Positions 34,601-49,600 of a stretch of 64,000 nt of DNA are shown piece by piece. How positions within the stretch are numbered: position 1 is the stretch's first letter; every line of letters begins with the position of its first letter. Source of the DNA: Podarcis tiliguerta. Taxonomy: Eukaryota. Where the stretch lies: the NCBI GenBank assembly GCA_965153285.1, contig OZ229110.1; one strand, given 5' to 3'. A model generated the notes under the pieces. It saw nothing but the letters and a program-made list of their open reading frames with translations, was not told the origin of the DNA and searched no databases. The position numbers were made by a program, and so were the translations under genes.

Positions 34601-37600
34601 TTTAAATAAGCATGATCCAGAGTAACTTTTCAAGCTGTCGTCACTAACTCGTTAGAATAAGCTAGACTCAGATTTGATGAACTACCATGGCACAGATGAA
34701 GACAGCTTTTATGCCCATGGATGGAGAAATCCCCAAAGTGCCTATCAGGAGACAGGGGGAGAAAGAGGCTAATTCTAGAATTGCAGTTAAACTAAGGCTA
34801 CATTTTCACAGACAGTAAAGCAGATTTTCAAGTGCCTTCTTTGAGTACACAGCCAGAAACTGGGTGATTTTGTCGGAAAGAGAACTGTGCTAGGAAAAAT
34901 AGCCTCTAAAGCACTAGTCATATATGCCTTTGGTGGTACAACTGCCAACAACCATTTCTGCAGGATCAGAGGTACCCAAGACTGTGGGAACATGTGGTCT
35001 GCTTCCCCTCCCAGATAAGATTATAACTCTCTTTTAGTCCCACAGTCATGAGCATAAAAGAACCGTTAACTCACAATCAGGTGTTAATAGACTACAGAAT
35101 ATATTCAGTTCACTAAGACTGTTAAGAGAAATAACACAAGTATTTCCAGCTTGAGGGTGCTACACATTTGTGAAAGCAGGTAACTACACTTTTAAGTTTG
35201 CCAACTGGAACACCTAAAGGAATTAACTGCCTTAACTCTTACAGGTCAGTTCACACGATTTTCCAATCAGCCAAACATGGTTTGCAGTATTAAAAACATA
35301 TATTTTGAACTCTCTTTATGTCTCCTCAGAAAGTTGCAACTGACAAGAGTTGTTAGAGAACTGAAATTCTAATCAAATTAATGATACAGACCAAAATTAC
35401 TTACATCCTGGAAGTTGTGACCATACATACCCATCCCCCAAAATTCCACAGCTTTCAGGATATGCCTTTTTCCTCATCTTAAAAATGCTAAATCTAAGTT
35501 TTAAAAGTTGCAAATTCCCAAGGCAATCGTCTCACCCAAGTTCTTTTCAATTAAGGCATCAATGCAAACAATTGCAAACAGTCCAGAGTTTGACTCACTT
35601 GCTGTAAAGAGGAATCCTGCGAGAAACCAGTTTCTTTAAAATCAATTTCATCGTCACTGGATGAGTGTATATGACAAGTAGTAACCTACAGACAGAACAA
35701 TTAAAGAATCAGCATCAGAAAAAGGGTTTAAAACAATGCGCCCATAATAAAGTCTGTAAGTTTTTTAATTCCTTATAAGAAAACAACTATATCACATACT
35801 GGGGCAGGGGGGCACTAATGCTTGGGAAATAAAAGCCCAGAGCTGCCTGGTAAGGCAGTAGTAGTTGTATGGCTCTGGATAAAAGCAATTAAGTGTTGCA
35901 CTTTTAAATCCAAATTTTGCCAGTGTCTGCTTTGCCCTAAAAAATAAAAAATCAGACTTAAGAAATTGTAATCAAAGTACACTGCATAGCTAAGTCAATT
36001 TTAATTAAAAAATGATTTTAATGTACAGTGTTAAAAAGAAATACAAGTTAAACAAATTTCAGCTGCAAAATCTGTTAAATTTACACATTCTTAACTGGAG
36101 ATTTTCATCATGGAAAGGCAAATTCCAGTGAAACAGTCTGCAGTCAACACCACTATGTATCATGTTGATGCATTTAACTCAGTTTTAAATTCTATTCTGA
36201 TGAATTTTATCACAAGTTTTCTATGCATGTATTTTTTAAATGCTTCACACATCAGAAGTGTATCATGAGAATTCTATACTGATTCCACATTACTTATTCA
36301 TATCTGCTGCTTAGAAAGAACTGTTAAGTCAATTTACTTTCAGTTAACTAAATCAATTTAAATCATTCAGCACTAATATGTATTTCCCTCTTCAAACCAA
36401 GGACACAATAAAACTGATTTTCAATTTACACATTCATTAACAAAGCAGCCAACAAGCCTAAGAAATTAAATATAGTTCTGCATCAGGTATCTAATGAAAG
36501 TCTGCTGTAGCAAGATGCAGCTCTGTCTTCATCAACACTACTGCAAAAAACTGTGGGTTGGATACAGAGTTCCTATAAGTAGAACTTTGCTCACAGGACA
36601 CACTTGCTGGGGGAAAAGAAAGCAAATCCTGTTCCTTCTTCCTTCCCCACGTAGCCCCCTGAAATGCTACTCCCAGTGGTGTGGGATATGCTGTGGGGGG
36701 CATCTGTGAAGGTCACCCGTGCTGAAAACAGTTCTGTTTTCATTCATTCATAAGAATGGCAAACCTCAAGCCATAATTTTTGAACATGGCTCATTTTCCT
36801 ACAGTTAAAATAAACCACAGTTTACGGTTCAAACATAATACTTAACTGTGGCTCATCTAAAAACAGAAAAACTTCTGACCTCCTCATGACCACACCAGAG
36901 AGCACAAAACCAAGATTCATTGCAGCTCATCCTTGTATTCGTAAGTCACGATTTAGTATTACATGGACGTAAATGTGTGTGAGATACACTGACTCCCAGT
37001 AGACGTGGTCTATACATAGTTCAAAAAATATATGTGCGTATGTATGTATTAAATGAATGACAGGGGTATTATAAGAAACTCTGTACTGTTCAAAATCCGA
37101 AAGTAGGGCTCTATTTTTGGCAAAGGAATTCTCTAAGACGATACAAAGGTAGTATACTTTGAAAATTAGAGCTGCACAGACTTTCAAAACAGATAGGATA
37201 ACAATCTCTCTTGGACACGAGTGCATATTAATGGTTCCTCGTCATCCCGGAAAAAGTGACAAGTGGAGTGCCTCGCCTTCCTTGGAGGTTTTAAAGCAAA
37301 GGGTTTTTTGGGGGAAGAGGGGGGATATGTCATGTATGATCTGGCTGAAATCCCTGCATTGTAGTGGGTTGGACTAGATGATCCTTGGTGTCCCTTCCAA
37401 CTCTGTAGTTCTATGATTCTATGAGTTAGAAAGGTGTTGTCCTGCATTCCTGACAAATAAGGGCCAAAATTCCCATAGAAAATCCCCCAGAAACTTCATC
37501 TTATGAAACCTACTAGATCCACTGTGTTTCTTTTGTTTGTTTCTCCTAAAGAACTTGTGCAGAAAGTCTCCCATCGCTCCCTGATTTCATCTGGAAGCTC

Positions 37601-40600
37601 TAGAAAGTCAAGCAGAAAGATAATAATAAATTAATTAATAATAAAGCTGCTGAATGTTGTAATATAAGGCACATTAATTTTCACTCTATTTTATTATTTT
37701 AAAATACCAAAAGCATTACAAAAACATATACACTCATCCCCCAATGTAAGGTAGAACCCACATGCTAGAAATTCTGCCTTGTTCCTTGCTGTATGCAGAA
37801 GGAAGACATGTGAGACTTAAAAGTAGAATCTCAGATTCTTCCCGGAGTTAAGATTCACTTACCCATTTCTGGTTCTGAACCAACCCTCTGCTGGCTTTTA
37901 TCTCTCCCTGTAATTGGTATGTTGCCCTGATAAGGAATGCAGCCTTTTCTAAAGAAACTTCTACTGTCTGAATCATTCTTTGTCCACTTCAAAGTGCGAA
38001 ACATGATTTAAGATGTGTCTCAAATCAGTTAAAATTGCCTTGGCATAAAACTGATCTACCCCAAAGGGCAAATTTTCATTTTTGTATATAAACAGCCCCT
38101 ATAACAGAAATTACAGACAAAACTAGCAGGGGTAGAGTGCAAAAATATCTAACGGGCAGAATCAATCTGTAGAATTTTAGCTTTGCTTAGATATAGATAA
38201 CATGCACTGACAATCAATTCTGCAGTGATTAACTTTTAAGATGTTGTAGGAGAGGCAGGAACCAATGGGCTGACGGATAAACTCTCAGAGCAAACCCGAA
38301 GGTAAAGGCTTGGCATGTGAGAAGGGGAGATAGGGATATACATTGTCCACATTTAGAAATCAGCAATAAGATCAAGTATTTGTTTCTTTAAAAGTACATC
38401 ACTTACCTTTAATAAGCTGCTGCACTAATGTACAATTTGGCCCTTTATCCGTACTGTGCACAATACAGTTAGCTATTCTTGTTAAGTGACCCATATAGCC
38501 ATATCGTCTTCCTCCTTCAGCCCTGCAAGCGGTCAAAACATTTCATTATTTAAATAGGCAGTTGCTTAATCTGTTAGTTACAGACTGTTCTCTCTATAGG
38601 TTTGGAAGAGTATATAAGTAATCGAGATGGTTGTTTGGCAAAGAGAAGAGAATGTGACTTGGTCAGTCCTTCACAAAAAGGCCAATCAATTGTTAGGCAG
38701 TTAAAATATTTCAAACTCTGCTCCTCAATTTGATTTCAAGAGTTGTGCAGAGTATCATATGGGACAAATGTTAGTTGGGGCGGGGGGTTGATTACTTTTA
38801 CAGAATACACAACTCTATAATATAGCCATGAATTCATCAAGATTTATTTAAATTCACATCTATGCCTATGCTGTGCATACAGCGATCTCCATTAAAACTA
38901 TTTATGACTCTTCAGACTTAACTCAAATATAAATTTGCTCTTATCATAAAAATATACTGAAGTTAAATTTGCAAAAGCAGACCCATATATTGCTTGTGCA
39001 AAGTGCATACCCACAAACAGCAGCAGTGAACACTGCAGGGATAGAAATAGAGAGAACTTGCCTAACCTTCTCCGCTCAAGAAGCCAGTGATTTGAACATA
39101 TTCCCTCTAGGCCAAAGTAGTATGCTTTGTGAACATCAATCAAGTACAGTTAATATTTTGTTTAAATTTGTCTTGAATTAAATCAAGTGCTATGTTGCTT
39201 CCCAAATAGTATACAGCATGCATAACTACAAATGCAGGGAGTGGATTTTGATTACTCACTGTTTCTTCTCATTCATTTCCCATGCTTCAAGTATTCGTTC
39301 TATTAAATGGCACTTAAGGAAAAGCTATAAAACAAAAGCTTCCTTAGTTTTTTTTTGCAATTTATATTTTTGCTACATATCTTCAAATATACCATGTATA
39401 TTTCCCCCAACCGATCCTTCCAGTTCACCATATTCTAAATTTGAAAAAGAGTACAAGACTGAAATGATTATTACTCTGCAGCTCTACTTCAAAATATTCT
39501 GTCACAAGTTAATAGCTGCACAGTTGCCATCTTAAAAAAAAAAGGCGTGATTTTCTTGGCAAAACATGACCTATTTAATCTAGCAAAAGGAACTGGTAGC
39601 TGATCTATACTCAGATCAGCAACTTTATTTCTTGCACTGCAGCTGCCATTGCTCTGGAGTACAACACTTCTGCTAAAACCAAAAACTGTTTTTGTTAGAG
39701 CAAGGTAGCAGGACAGTGGTAAGCGTAAGAGCCTTACAACTGTAATTTAACTATGGCAACTTTCTCATCCTCTTGGTCACCTTGCTTTTATTCATCTTAC
39801 CTAGTTGACTGAGTGTTTCTATGTGGGGAGCCTAGCCCAATTATACCTAGAGTACTACAAATAATAAAAACAGCTTACATGTTTCAGCAAAAGGTTGTCT
39901 CCAGTGGAATCCTGATCTGAAATTGTACCATTTTCTGTGCTTTCAAATGGACTTGCGAGAATCAATGCAATACAAATTTCTACTTGAGTATGTAAAAAGT
40001 TATTCCATGTGTATTTAAAAAACATGTCCTGTAGGGAAAAAAGAAACTGGAGTCAAACGTAGCCCTGTTAAAATCCAAGTCTGCGTGCTTAAGTTTCCGT
40101 GAATTGAACTCTACTCAAAGGATGCTCCCACTGGAAGAGAAGGACAGTAATTTTTGCTGTTTCCTTCCTTCATCCTTCCAAGATCTGGTCCAGAGCAGCA
40201 TGGGTTGACCCTGCAGAATGGAGTGGCGGATGGCACTCAAGTCTCTAGAAAAAGTGGAGAAAAACACTTCTTCCCATCTGTCAGTGAGAACCTTCACTGA
40301 AAATGAGTCATTTTGTATACTAAGGATTGTATTCAATGTAGCACTAAGGTGAATATTCTGTTACCACAAGGGTTTCTCGTTGTGCGATGAAACGTTCTCC
40401 TGCTCTCCTCCTCTCGTGCCTCCCAAATGTGTTCTAAGGTTTTCTTTAACTCTCTGAAACAGATCTGGAGGAAGCAGAAGGGGAATCCACTTGTGCTACT
40501 GCTAATCCTTGCTCAAGCACAAGCTAGCTGAATGCTGCTCTCAATTGCAGCAAAGTAGTAATAGTAATAGCTAAGCCTAGTTTCAGTGTTCTTTAAAAAG

Positions 40601-43600
40601 AAAATTCAATTAACTACTGTCCCCAATCAACATATGCACAAACCATCTTATGCCACTATAGTATTTGTGCCAGCAGTGCCTCAGAGAAGCCTATGGATGG
40701 AAGATGCAGCAGCTCGGCTAGCAGAGATTTCTGCATTCCCAACAAAACAGGCTACTCATGAATATTAAGAGTATATCACATCAGTTGATAAGAATTCCTA
40801 CAAAAAATGACAGCTGCTCATGAAGATGCAAGCTGCTCCCAATCCCCTTAACCATACACAGATTATATGTATGTACTGGCCAATTTTATTCTGTTTAAGA
40901 TAAAACAAAAAGTGCCTGTGTCTCCATCTTAGTTTATGATGGTGCTATGGCCAATAAAGCGCAGCCCCATTTTTCCAGACTTCTGAACTCATGGGACATT
41001 CCTATTTCCCACAATTGCATCTGCCCTTAACAAATGATTAAACTATTTGTAACAAACTACACATTATGCATGAGGACTGAGGTTGGAACCCCAACTTTCC
41101 AAAGAACTGAAATGCCTGTAGGGAAGTGCAAATTTGTTTGCAATGGAGGGGACTTAACTCTCTACTCCCACCCCATTTTCAAGTTGAAAATCTCCATCAT
41201 CCAGAGGCTATTTTCCCTATGGAGAGAATATCAGTGAATGTCCCCAGGTCTCGACACACTGCTGTCAACCATAGTTCATGACTGCAGTTTAGTGTACTTT
41301 TTAAGTTACAGGATCCATTCATGGATATCTCATGTAATTTAATTTGACTTTCAGATACAAAACCTGAGGCAGCACAGAAATATTAATTTCACAGGTAACA
41401 TTCCATTCACTCACTCAAGGAAATCATAGTATCTTTTACCTGTGTCATGACATAGCAAGATTAGGAACAATTAGCACAATAAAAAAATTATGAGCATTGC
41501 TGTGATAATTTGTGATAGGAAGGTCAATATTGCAAGTATTTATGCTCTTACCAGTATAACTCCTATGCTATTGAGCTCTATAAGTTCCAGGTTTACACTG
41601 TTTGTATTTGTCTGTAGAAGGCTGGATATTAATCTGATCACATTTAACCTGGTATTCCCTACAGGTGGATCCAATACACCCCATGTTGTCTTCATAACAC
41701 TTTTCTAGACAAAAAAGAGAACAAAAATATTGAAATATTACTCAAACTCCAAAGTATTATTTATCCACAAGGGGGAGGGGGCAGGAGGAAACAAGGTAAT
41801 CACAAAACTAAGTCGGAAACGTTTAGCTGAATACCTAAAAGAGAAACTCAATGTTAGTCCCATACATTATGTTCTACAATATCATGGGCTGAAAATGTGA
41901 GGACATATATGTAAAATAAGCAGTTCAATGATCAGTTCGCCAATAACAAAACACTTCTCCCCCAAGTTCTCAAAGTTGCATTTCTTTTGCAAAAACCATA
42001 ACAAGATTGAGACTTGGTCTCCTTCCTTTGGCATATACAGAGTATTGGATGGGACAAGGCTATTTCATTCTGTTCAAGGCTTTGAAGAAGCCAATAAATG
42101 GCAAGTCACTCTTGCTGCTTGGCACTGGAGAACAGGGAGGAGACTGGCATAACTTCTCAACTTCTTCAAAGCCTCACTACCAAAGTTGGAAGGTAGACCA
42201 GCCTTCCCTAATCCGGTGTCCTCCAAAGGTTGCTAGACTACCACCTATCATCCTTGACCATTGGTCATGCTATTTGGGGTGATGGGAGTTGGAGAAAATA
42301 TATACAGTGCACTAGGATGGGGAAGGCTGATCTAGGCAATCATGCTGCAAAGCTTGGTTCTGCACGTCAAGAAAGGGAAAGCAGCAGAACTACAATCGGG
42401 CAATATAATGCTCTCAGTTTCCTTGGCAATGGAGGTTCACTTCTACACTGGGAACACAAAATGAGGAAGAGAGGGGAGAAGCAGTTTGGTCGCTGAGATG
42501 ATAGACTCCCTCTGGGACTGGACGATGGGTGGCTTATTTACTTATTTAAAATATTTATCCACACCTTTCCACCTCATTACAGAGATGCCCAAAGGAGATT
42601 TCATATAATATTAAAATAGCAGAAACAATATAATATCAAACAAAGCAAACAGCAAACACAACAGATTAAAAACAAGTCTTAAAAGCCAAGTGTATATAGG
42701 TTACCCACCAATGTCCAATTCATCAAACGGTGGATGAGTACCCTCGAAGCTGGATTGATGGAACAGAATGGCTCCAATTTCATATGCACTAAATGTTTTA
42801 CTTACTTTGGGGGGCTCCAAGAGCAGTTCATGGAAGGATGGAAGTCGTGCTTTTATGGCTTCTAATACACTCTTGTTGACCAAATATGTTGAGTGGCTCA
42901 TACCTGGTGGGCAAATCTCTATGTGACCTTCAAATCTAAAATGAAGAAAAGGTAAGCTCTTTAACACAGAAAGCACAGCTACTTTAAAAAGACAGATAGA
43001 TCAGCAAGCTGACTAGGCTAGATAATAGTAAAGGGAACAAATCAAAATTTTTACATTCAACTCTCCTTTCAATTAAGGTGATACAGTATCCGCATTGTTG
43101 CTCACCGACCCACATCTAACAATTCTTTAGTCTTTCCCTCAACCCGACACACAGACACACAGTAAAATGATGTTTTAAAAATTTGGTTAACATACACAAA
43201 AACTGACTTCCAAGCAACATGAATCTCATATTTTTGCAGTGATGTATTCATGATGACCCCATTTCAGAAGCTTCCACTTGGACTGTGCAAGACTTATTAT
43301 TTCCAAGAATGTGTATAAGATAAATGTTTAGGTACAGACAATATAGTCACAATTTACATCAATTTAATAGAATCATAGAATTACAGGATTGTAAGGGATC
43401 ATGAGGGTCATATAGTTCAACCCCCTGCAATGCAGGAATCTTTTTCACAACGTGGGGTTCACGACCCTAAGAAGTAGTGACTCATGCTCTACCAACTAAG
43501 ACATTAATATAAACTAATGACATTAATTTACACAAACGATACCATCTTGTTCCAACTGTTCCCTATAGTGAAATCAGCGCCAGAATGGACAGAAAGTGGC

Positions 43601-46600
43601 CTTTTACATGTACAGTTAAACTGCGTTTGCTAAACACCTTCTTACTATCCAGAATCCACAAAACTAGAAAATGCTCATTCAGAAACCTTTATATATATGC
43701 AACTGCACACAGTCATCTGACTAGGGTAGAAACAACGCAACTGCTGCTGGATAAAATACTGTTAAACAGTAGAAATATTAAAAGACAATCTTACGTTGGC
43801 CGTCTCGTTTCCAGTAAGGTCAGTAATATCTGAATTGCACTGACTATAGCCGATTCATTTTTCTCTTTATGGAATATATTTGATAGCAGCTGTTCTATGA
43901 TTTCTTTTCTAAAGAGAGAGAAAACATTGTTGGAAATTTAACATTCCCTTTTGTAGCTGTAGGGATCTGAAGGAATGCTTCTCCCTTTATCAACCTGCCC
44001 AGGTTCTTCTCATTGTTCCACCACCAGAGGCAATACATTCAGTGGTGGCACATGATACTAGTGCCTTTTCTACAGTGACACATCTATTATAAACCAGGCA
44101 CCAAATTTTTTAACATTCCAGTGCTCAGTTAAGACATGTCTTTTTGCTCAGGCATTTATGGAACATTAGACTGCTTCTAGGCTAAATTTGTATTTTCACC
44201 TGCTATACTTAATTAATTGGATATAGCATTGCTTCAAAACTGTATCACGCCCCTAGATCTTTTGCAGGGGGAGGGAACACTAAATATATTCTGAAATGAA
44301 TAAATACATATTTTTCAGGAAAGGCATACATATGGCCTACAGTTTGTTCTTTGGTCCAGAGCTGCTTGCGTTTTTCTTTAATAAAAGAATCAGAATTATT
44401 TTAATAGCAACCCTAATCCTTGTAACAGTAATGGCAAGCTCATAAACCAGGAAATGATCACATGGCACTAAAATACTTTCATAACTGGGGGAGCAGTCTT
44501 GACCAATATAAACATTTAGTATTTCTGGACATTGCTGTTATCTACTATGCACACAAACTGTGCCCTTGGCCACCTCCCCATTAGTTCTTGAATGCAACCC
44601 TACAACCCACACCCTTGACAAAAGGTTAACTCCCTTGCTCAGTTCCCGTTCTGTGGATAATATCAGGCTATATACTGCACCACCAACGCCAGTTACGTAC
44701 TGCAAGCATAAACAAATAGTGCATAAAATTTATTTGTGACCCCTTTAAAGAGTATAGATCCTAGATTTACCATCCATAGATTTCAAGGCATTAAGTTACT
44801 TTAACATCTGCTTATATAGATAAAAAACATAAATAAGTTTCCTTACTTAGTATCAATGCCATCACCTTTGCAAACCATGTACTTTCTCTCTCCGAGCCTT
44901 TTACTATTTCCTCCACTTGCATGCACAAGAGGGAAGGAACAAGCATGGAAGACTGAAACTCATGCTTGCTTATCTCTGTAATGCCAAACCATGGTTTAGC
45001 GTAACATCTGAACTAGGTCAGAGTATAGTGCATCTCAAGGTTGTTGCTGCTTATTTATTTTTTTAAAAAATACACATTAAACCTTTTTATCTTTGTTAAC
45101 GTGATCTAAGCATTTTTATGTCTTGTTTCTACAGAGAATGCACTATCATACTTCAGAACTTGCATTCAAGTTACATCATTCTCCATGGCACATGCAAAGC
45201 ATTCAACATTTCAAAAAATGTCAATATCCATGGAATATATACATATATCTATGACAGCAATGACAACATCAAGTCAACCTACTTTTCTAGTGTTGCAAGC
45301 AGTGGATCTGGTTCTGAACTGTTTTGTACTTGTAGCATCTGGTCTCTACTCAAGCGGATAATTTCACAGAGTGACTGGGATGCGTTTGAGTGTCTCTAAA
45401 CAACAAGGACAGTTTATGGAATAAAAAAACCCCCTACAGTATTCATTGATAGTTAGCACCAAAGGTTAAGACTTAAATGCAAATTCACCCAATTCCCAGA
45501 AGGCAACACAAATTATGAGTGTTAAGCTACAGGACCAGCAGCTCCTCCTTATACGCTTCTCATTCTGTATACAATGCAGGTGACAAAATTGAAGTGTGTG
45601 GATTTTGTAAGCAAGGCATAACTATGCACAGAAAAGTTTTAAATCAAATAAGAGTGGCTTTTTGCCCCTTGGGGGGCACATGTGGCAGTGGGTGGGTGGG
45701 CAAGAGCTGCATGCCAGTGGGTGGGGCTGGTGACAGTATCTCCTTTTACTGCTCTTATGCTTGAACAAAACACATTCAATTCCCCTTTTCACACAGACAC
45801 AATCATCTCCCCCAACTCCCTCTCTCACGCACTTTTAACAGGATCCTCTCCAGCAATCCTGCTGCAGACAAGATTGCTATCTCCACAATGCTTAGCAGTG
45901 CAAGACACAAGACTTTTTGCCACAGTACAAGTGATGGTTTATCATCTGGGTGATGAGGAGAAGTGGGAGGGGCTCCGTGGGGCTTGGCATGGAGAGCAGC
46001 CAAGGACAACATTTTCCTACAAAATTTACGTGAATATGAACATGTATTCCTTACATCTTCATCTTGAGAAGGATGCACAATTTCCACAAGCCGCTGAATT
46101 ATTTTTTCTTCATTCAACCACTGTAGAGACATATGGGGGAGGGGAGGAAATTAAATCTCCTTTCACATTTTCATCAGTCACACAGATCGAATAGATAGCA
46201 CCACCCACAAGCGGTATTATACATTAAAAAGTGCATTCCCATAGATAACAACATCAGTAAGACTTCAGAAACTTGCAGGAAGGAACCCATAAGCGATATT
46301 ACCACATGCAAAGTATAATTCTTTATAAAAACCAAGAACATGAGAATGGGCAATCTTTAAGGGTGCCAGGGAGAAAGAAAGGATCTCTAACATTATACCA
46401 GATCTTTTTGTATTTATTCTTGGGCGGGGGGGGGGGGTGATGTTCTACACTAGTACACTGATTAGTATATATATTAATTATCTGTCATGTTGCCGAGAAG
46501 GCATCCGGTACTGTTTCTACTCTAATTGCAGCTGGTAAGTTTTTTAGCAACTGCATTATACCGCCAAATCTTTAAACAACATACCAGCATTCTCCCCACA

Positions 46601-49600
46601 ATGTATACAAGAACAATATTTTGAGACATTTGCATATGTTCTGCCCTTTAAAGTGAATCATTTCTGCTAATTAAATATGTTATCACTGGGTAGACCCACC
46701 ATAAAAATAAGACCTCTTTTGTTACCATCACTCCAGCTTTCTGTGACTGGCATATTATATTTTCTCTTATGCTTGCGCAGACTGATTTTAAGTGACTTAT
46801 GCTGCCATATCCATTGCTACATGTCCAGTTCCTCCTGGAGATCATGTTCCCAAGTTTACTTAAACCCCAACAGCATTCTTGTAGATTTTTCATTATGTAT
46901 TTCTGAAACCAGGCCTTAAGATCATCCTCTGCTTCTAAAATTACTTATTCAAAGACTATGAGAGGCCCATTTACCTTTTCTCTGATTGTGGAATTAGAAA
47001 TAAAATTAACATTTGTGTTATGCAAGTCTGCACAGTGTAAACCCTAAAGGTCAACAATGAATCAATTCGCAGTTCTCTGAAGGGATTCCAAATATGCATT
47101 AGCTGCAGTCCTTCCAACCTTTGTGGAACAAAGATAGGAAAATTTCGGCATCGCTATGTTCCTCCTCCATTGATTCAAGTGTGTGGTGGTGGTGGCATCA
47201 GCTTTTTGAGCCATGACACACAACCTACCAGCTTATAAGAATTATTCTGCATGTGAATTGCTAGGAGCATTAAAACTTTATGTGCTGTTTCAACAGATGG
47301 ACAAATAGCAAAAGAGGAGCGGAGATACATAGATAGGCATAATATAGACAGTAGAGAGGCTTATGGAGTGTGGCTAGAGCTGCAGGAATACAGAAGACAA
47401 CATGCATTAAAAGATGGAGAGAAAGGCAGAAAGGTTAATAGACTGGTACAGAGACTTGCATGTGGTAAAAAAGATTATCAAATAGGGTGCATGGAGGCGA
47501 GACCGTACTTCTAAAGAGAAATCAAAGCATTAAAATTAAAATAAAGTTGCTTTTCCTGTGATTGAAATAGTAAAACCTGCTCTCTGACTGTTTTTCATGC
47601 ACTGCTGCTGTAGGGTGACAACACTACATTTATATTTTTGTCAACACACTCTAGCATTCCACTTCACATTTACAGACAAGCTGGAAAATGACTTGTACAC
47701 AGAACACAAAATGGCTTAAGATGCTATTTGAGCTACAACTGGAATACACTTAATTGCTGTTAATCAATAATTTAAATGAATGTGTTGACAAGGTATTTCA
47801 AGAATTACTGCAAAACATTGATTTCATTCATGTGTAAGCTATGGCAAGCTCAGTTGTCACTACTAACAATCTGAAACCACAACAGCTTTAGAAGTACAGT
47901 CCCTTGTGTACTTTTCCATGCTTCTAGATGCATTCATGGCATCATAGTCATGTATCTAAACGAGGTAACAAACAGCTGGAATATGGGGAAACTAAAAGCA
48001 GCTGAAATTGAATGTGTTTACAGTTCAAATACAATTATTTAAGTGCTTGGTGATAGCTAGCATTTCCATTCCAACTGATCAAAACAGGAACCTCTCTACC
48101 ACCTCCCAGATCTTTTTCATTTTGTCTCTTGTCTTTTGAGATTGTAAATCCCAGGGAATGAACTCTCTTATCATTTAGATTTAGATATCTATTCAGCTTT
48201 TTTGGCTGAAGAATAGGATGAAAATGCTGCAAGTAAATAAAGAAAAAAGTAAGCATTTCATAGACAGCACAGGAGTTACCTTTGCAAGTGAAGGATTTTT
48301 CCTGCTCTACTTAAAAATTGAATGCCAAGGGTACCTCACTAGCTATTTACAATTTCAGTTTCTAAACAATGCCCCTAATATTCACTTTTAAAGATGACTC
48401 CCATTCCAAAAGAAATTACTTACATTTAACACTTCTTGCCTGGGCTGTGGAGGTTCTATGCATGTTAGCAGCCTGAGCAACAAGTCCATAATAGCAGAGG
48501 TTCCTATGTGCTTTATAATGAGGTCTACAAAATCATGCTTTTTCTTTAAGAAATCCACGATCTGTGAAAGATAAAAGGCAGAACATAAAGTTGCGAAATA
48601 ATAAAGCCAACAAAAACAATCAAAACTAAATTGCCAGAAAAAAATTAAGTAGAGTAAGGCTTATCCCTCTTTGAAAGGGATGCTTTCCCCCACCCGCAGC
48701 GGCCACATTCCTTCAGCACCAACATGGTTCAGGACACACACACCTTTCATTTTCTTCCATGCATGCACAGCTCTCTATTGCAATTTGCACTGAGGAAAAA
48801 CCACCTGTGCACTGTGAGAGGTCCCCTTCCCAAAATGCAAATACTAGGCTCTGGGGGACCAATTTGGATGAGAATCCTGTCATGAGAGGTTAAAATGTTT
48901 AACTCTTCTATCTCAATTTGTTTCAATGGGTCTTTGTAGATAATACAATCACAGATGCAGAAGCCTACAACCTCCCATGCCAGCATTCCAATCCTGATGA
49001 GATTTCCAGTTCCTGCAATTTGGAGAGGTAGACATGAAAACTGAGGGCAAGAGGCGGAGGAAAAGAGGCCCTGAATACCAAATAGGAAGCTTCCAAGGGT
49101 GGTATATGGCCCATGGGTGGTCAGATGGTTAAAGAGCCTCAACATATTCTTATATTCTTTTTGAAAAATCTATATATGGCACCAACATTAATTTGCCAAA
49201 AGAACTATTACGATTGTTGCTCTTCTAAAGATAGCAAGTGGAATGAAACTAACTTAAGGTAGGCAGTTGAAAGCACAGTGTTTCCAAAGGAGCAATTAAG
49301 TAATTACCTGTTCTGGTTTTCTGCTAATAAGAATACTTAGCACCTTGCTGAAGAAACTGGCCAATAACGGATTTAGGGGTGGCTCATTTAGAAGAAAACT
49401 ATACAGTTTTGTTAATAATGATTCCTCTTCTCCCAGTCTATCATTGATCTGTGAAACATCTGAAGTAAGCAGCTCACAAGATATGTTTGGATACCTGAAA
49501 GAGAGAAGTAGACATTTTACTTAATTAGTAATAATAAATTAGCCTTACACACCAATTACAAGTGCTTTATCTAGCAAAGCTGAGCGTACCATTATATGTA

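Noticed and set aside
45682-46194. 170-aa plus-strand ORF
   Set aside because: Antisense to a PPP6R3 exon/intron, non-ATG start and no recognisable domain.
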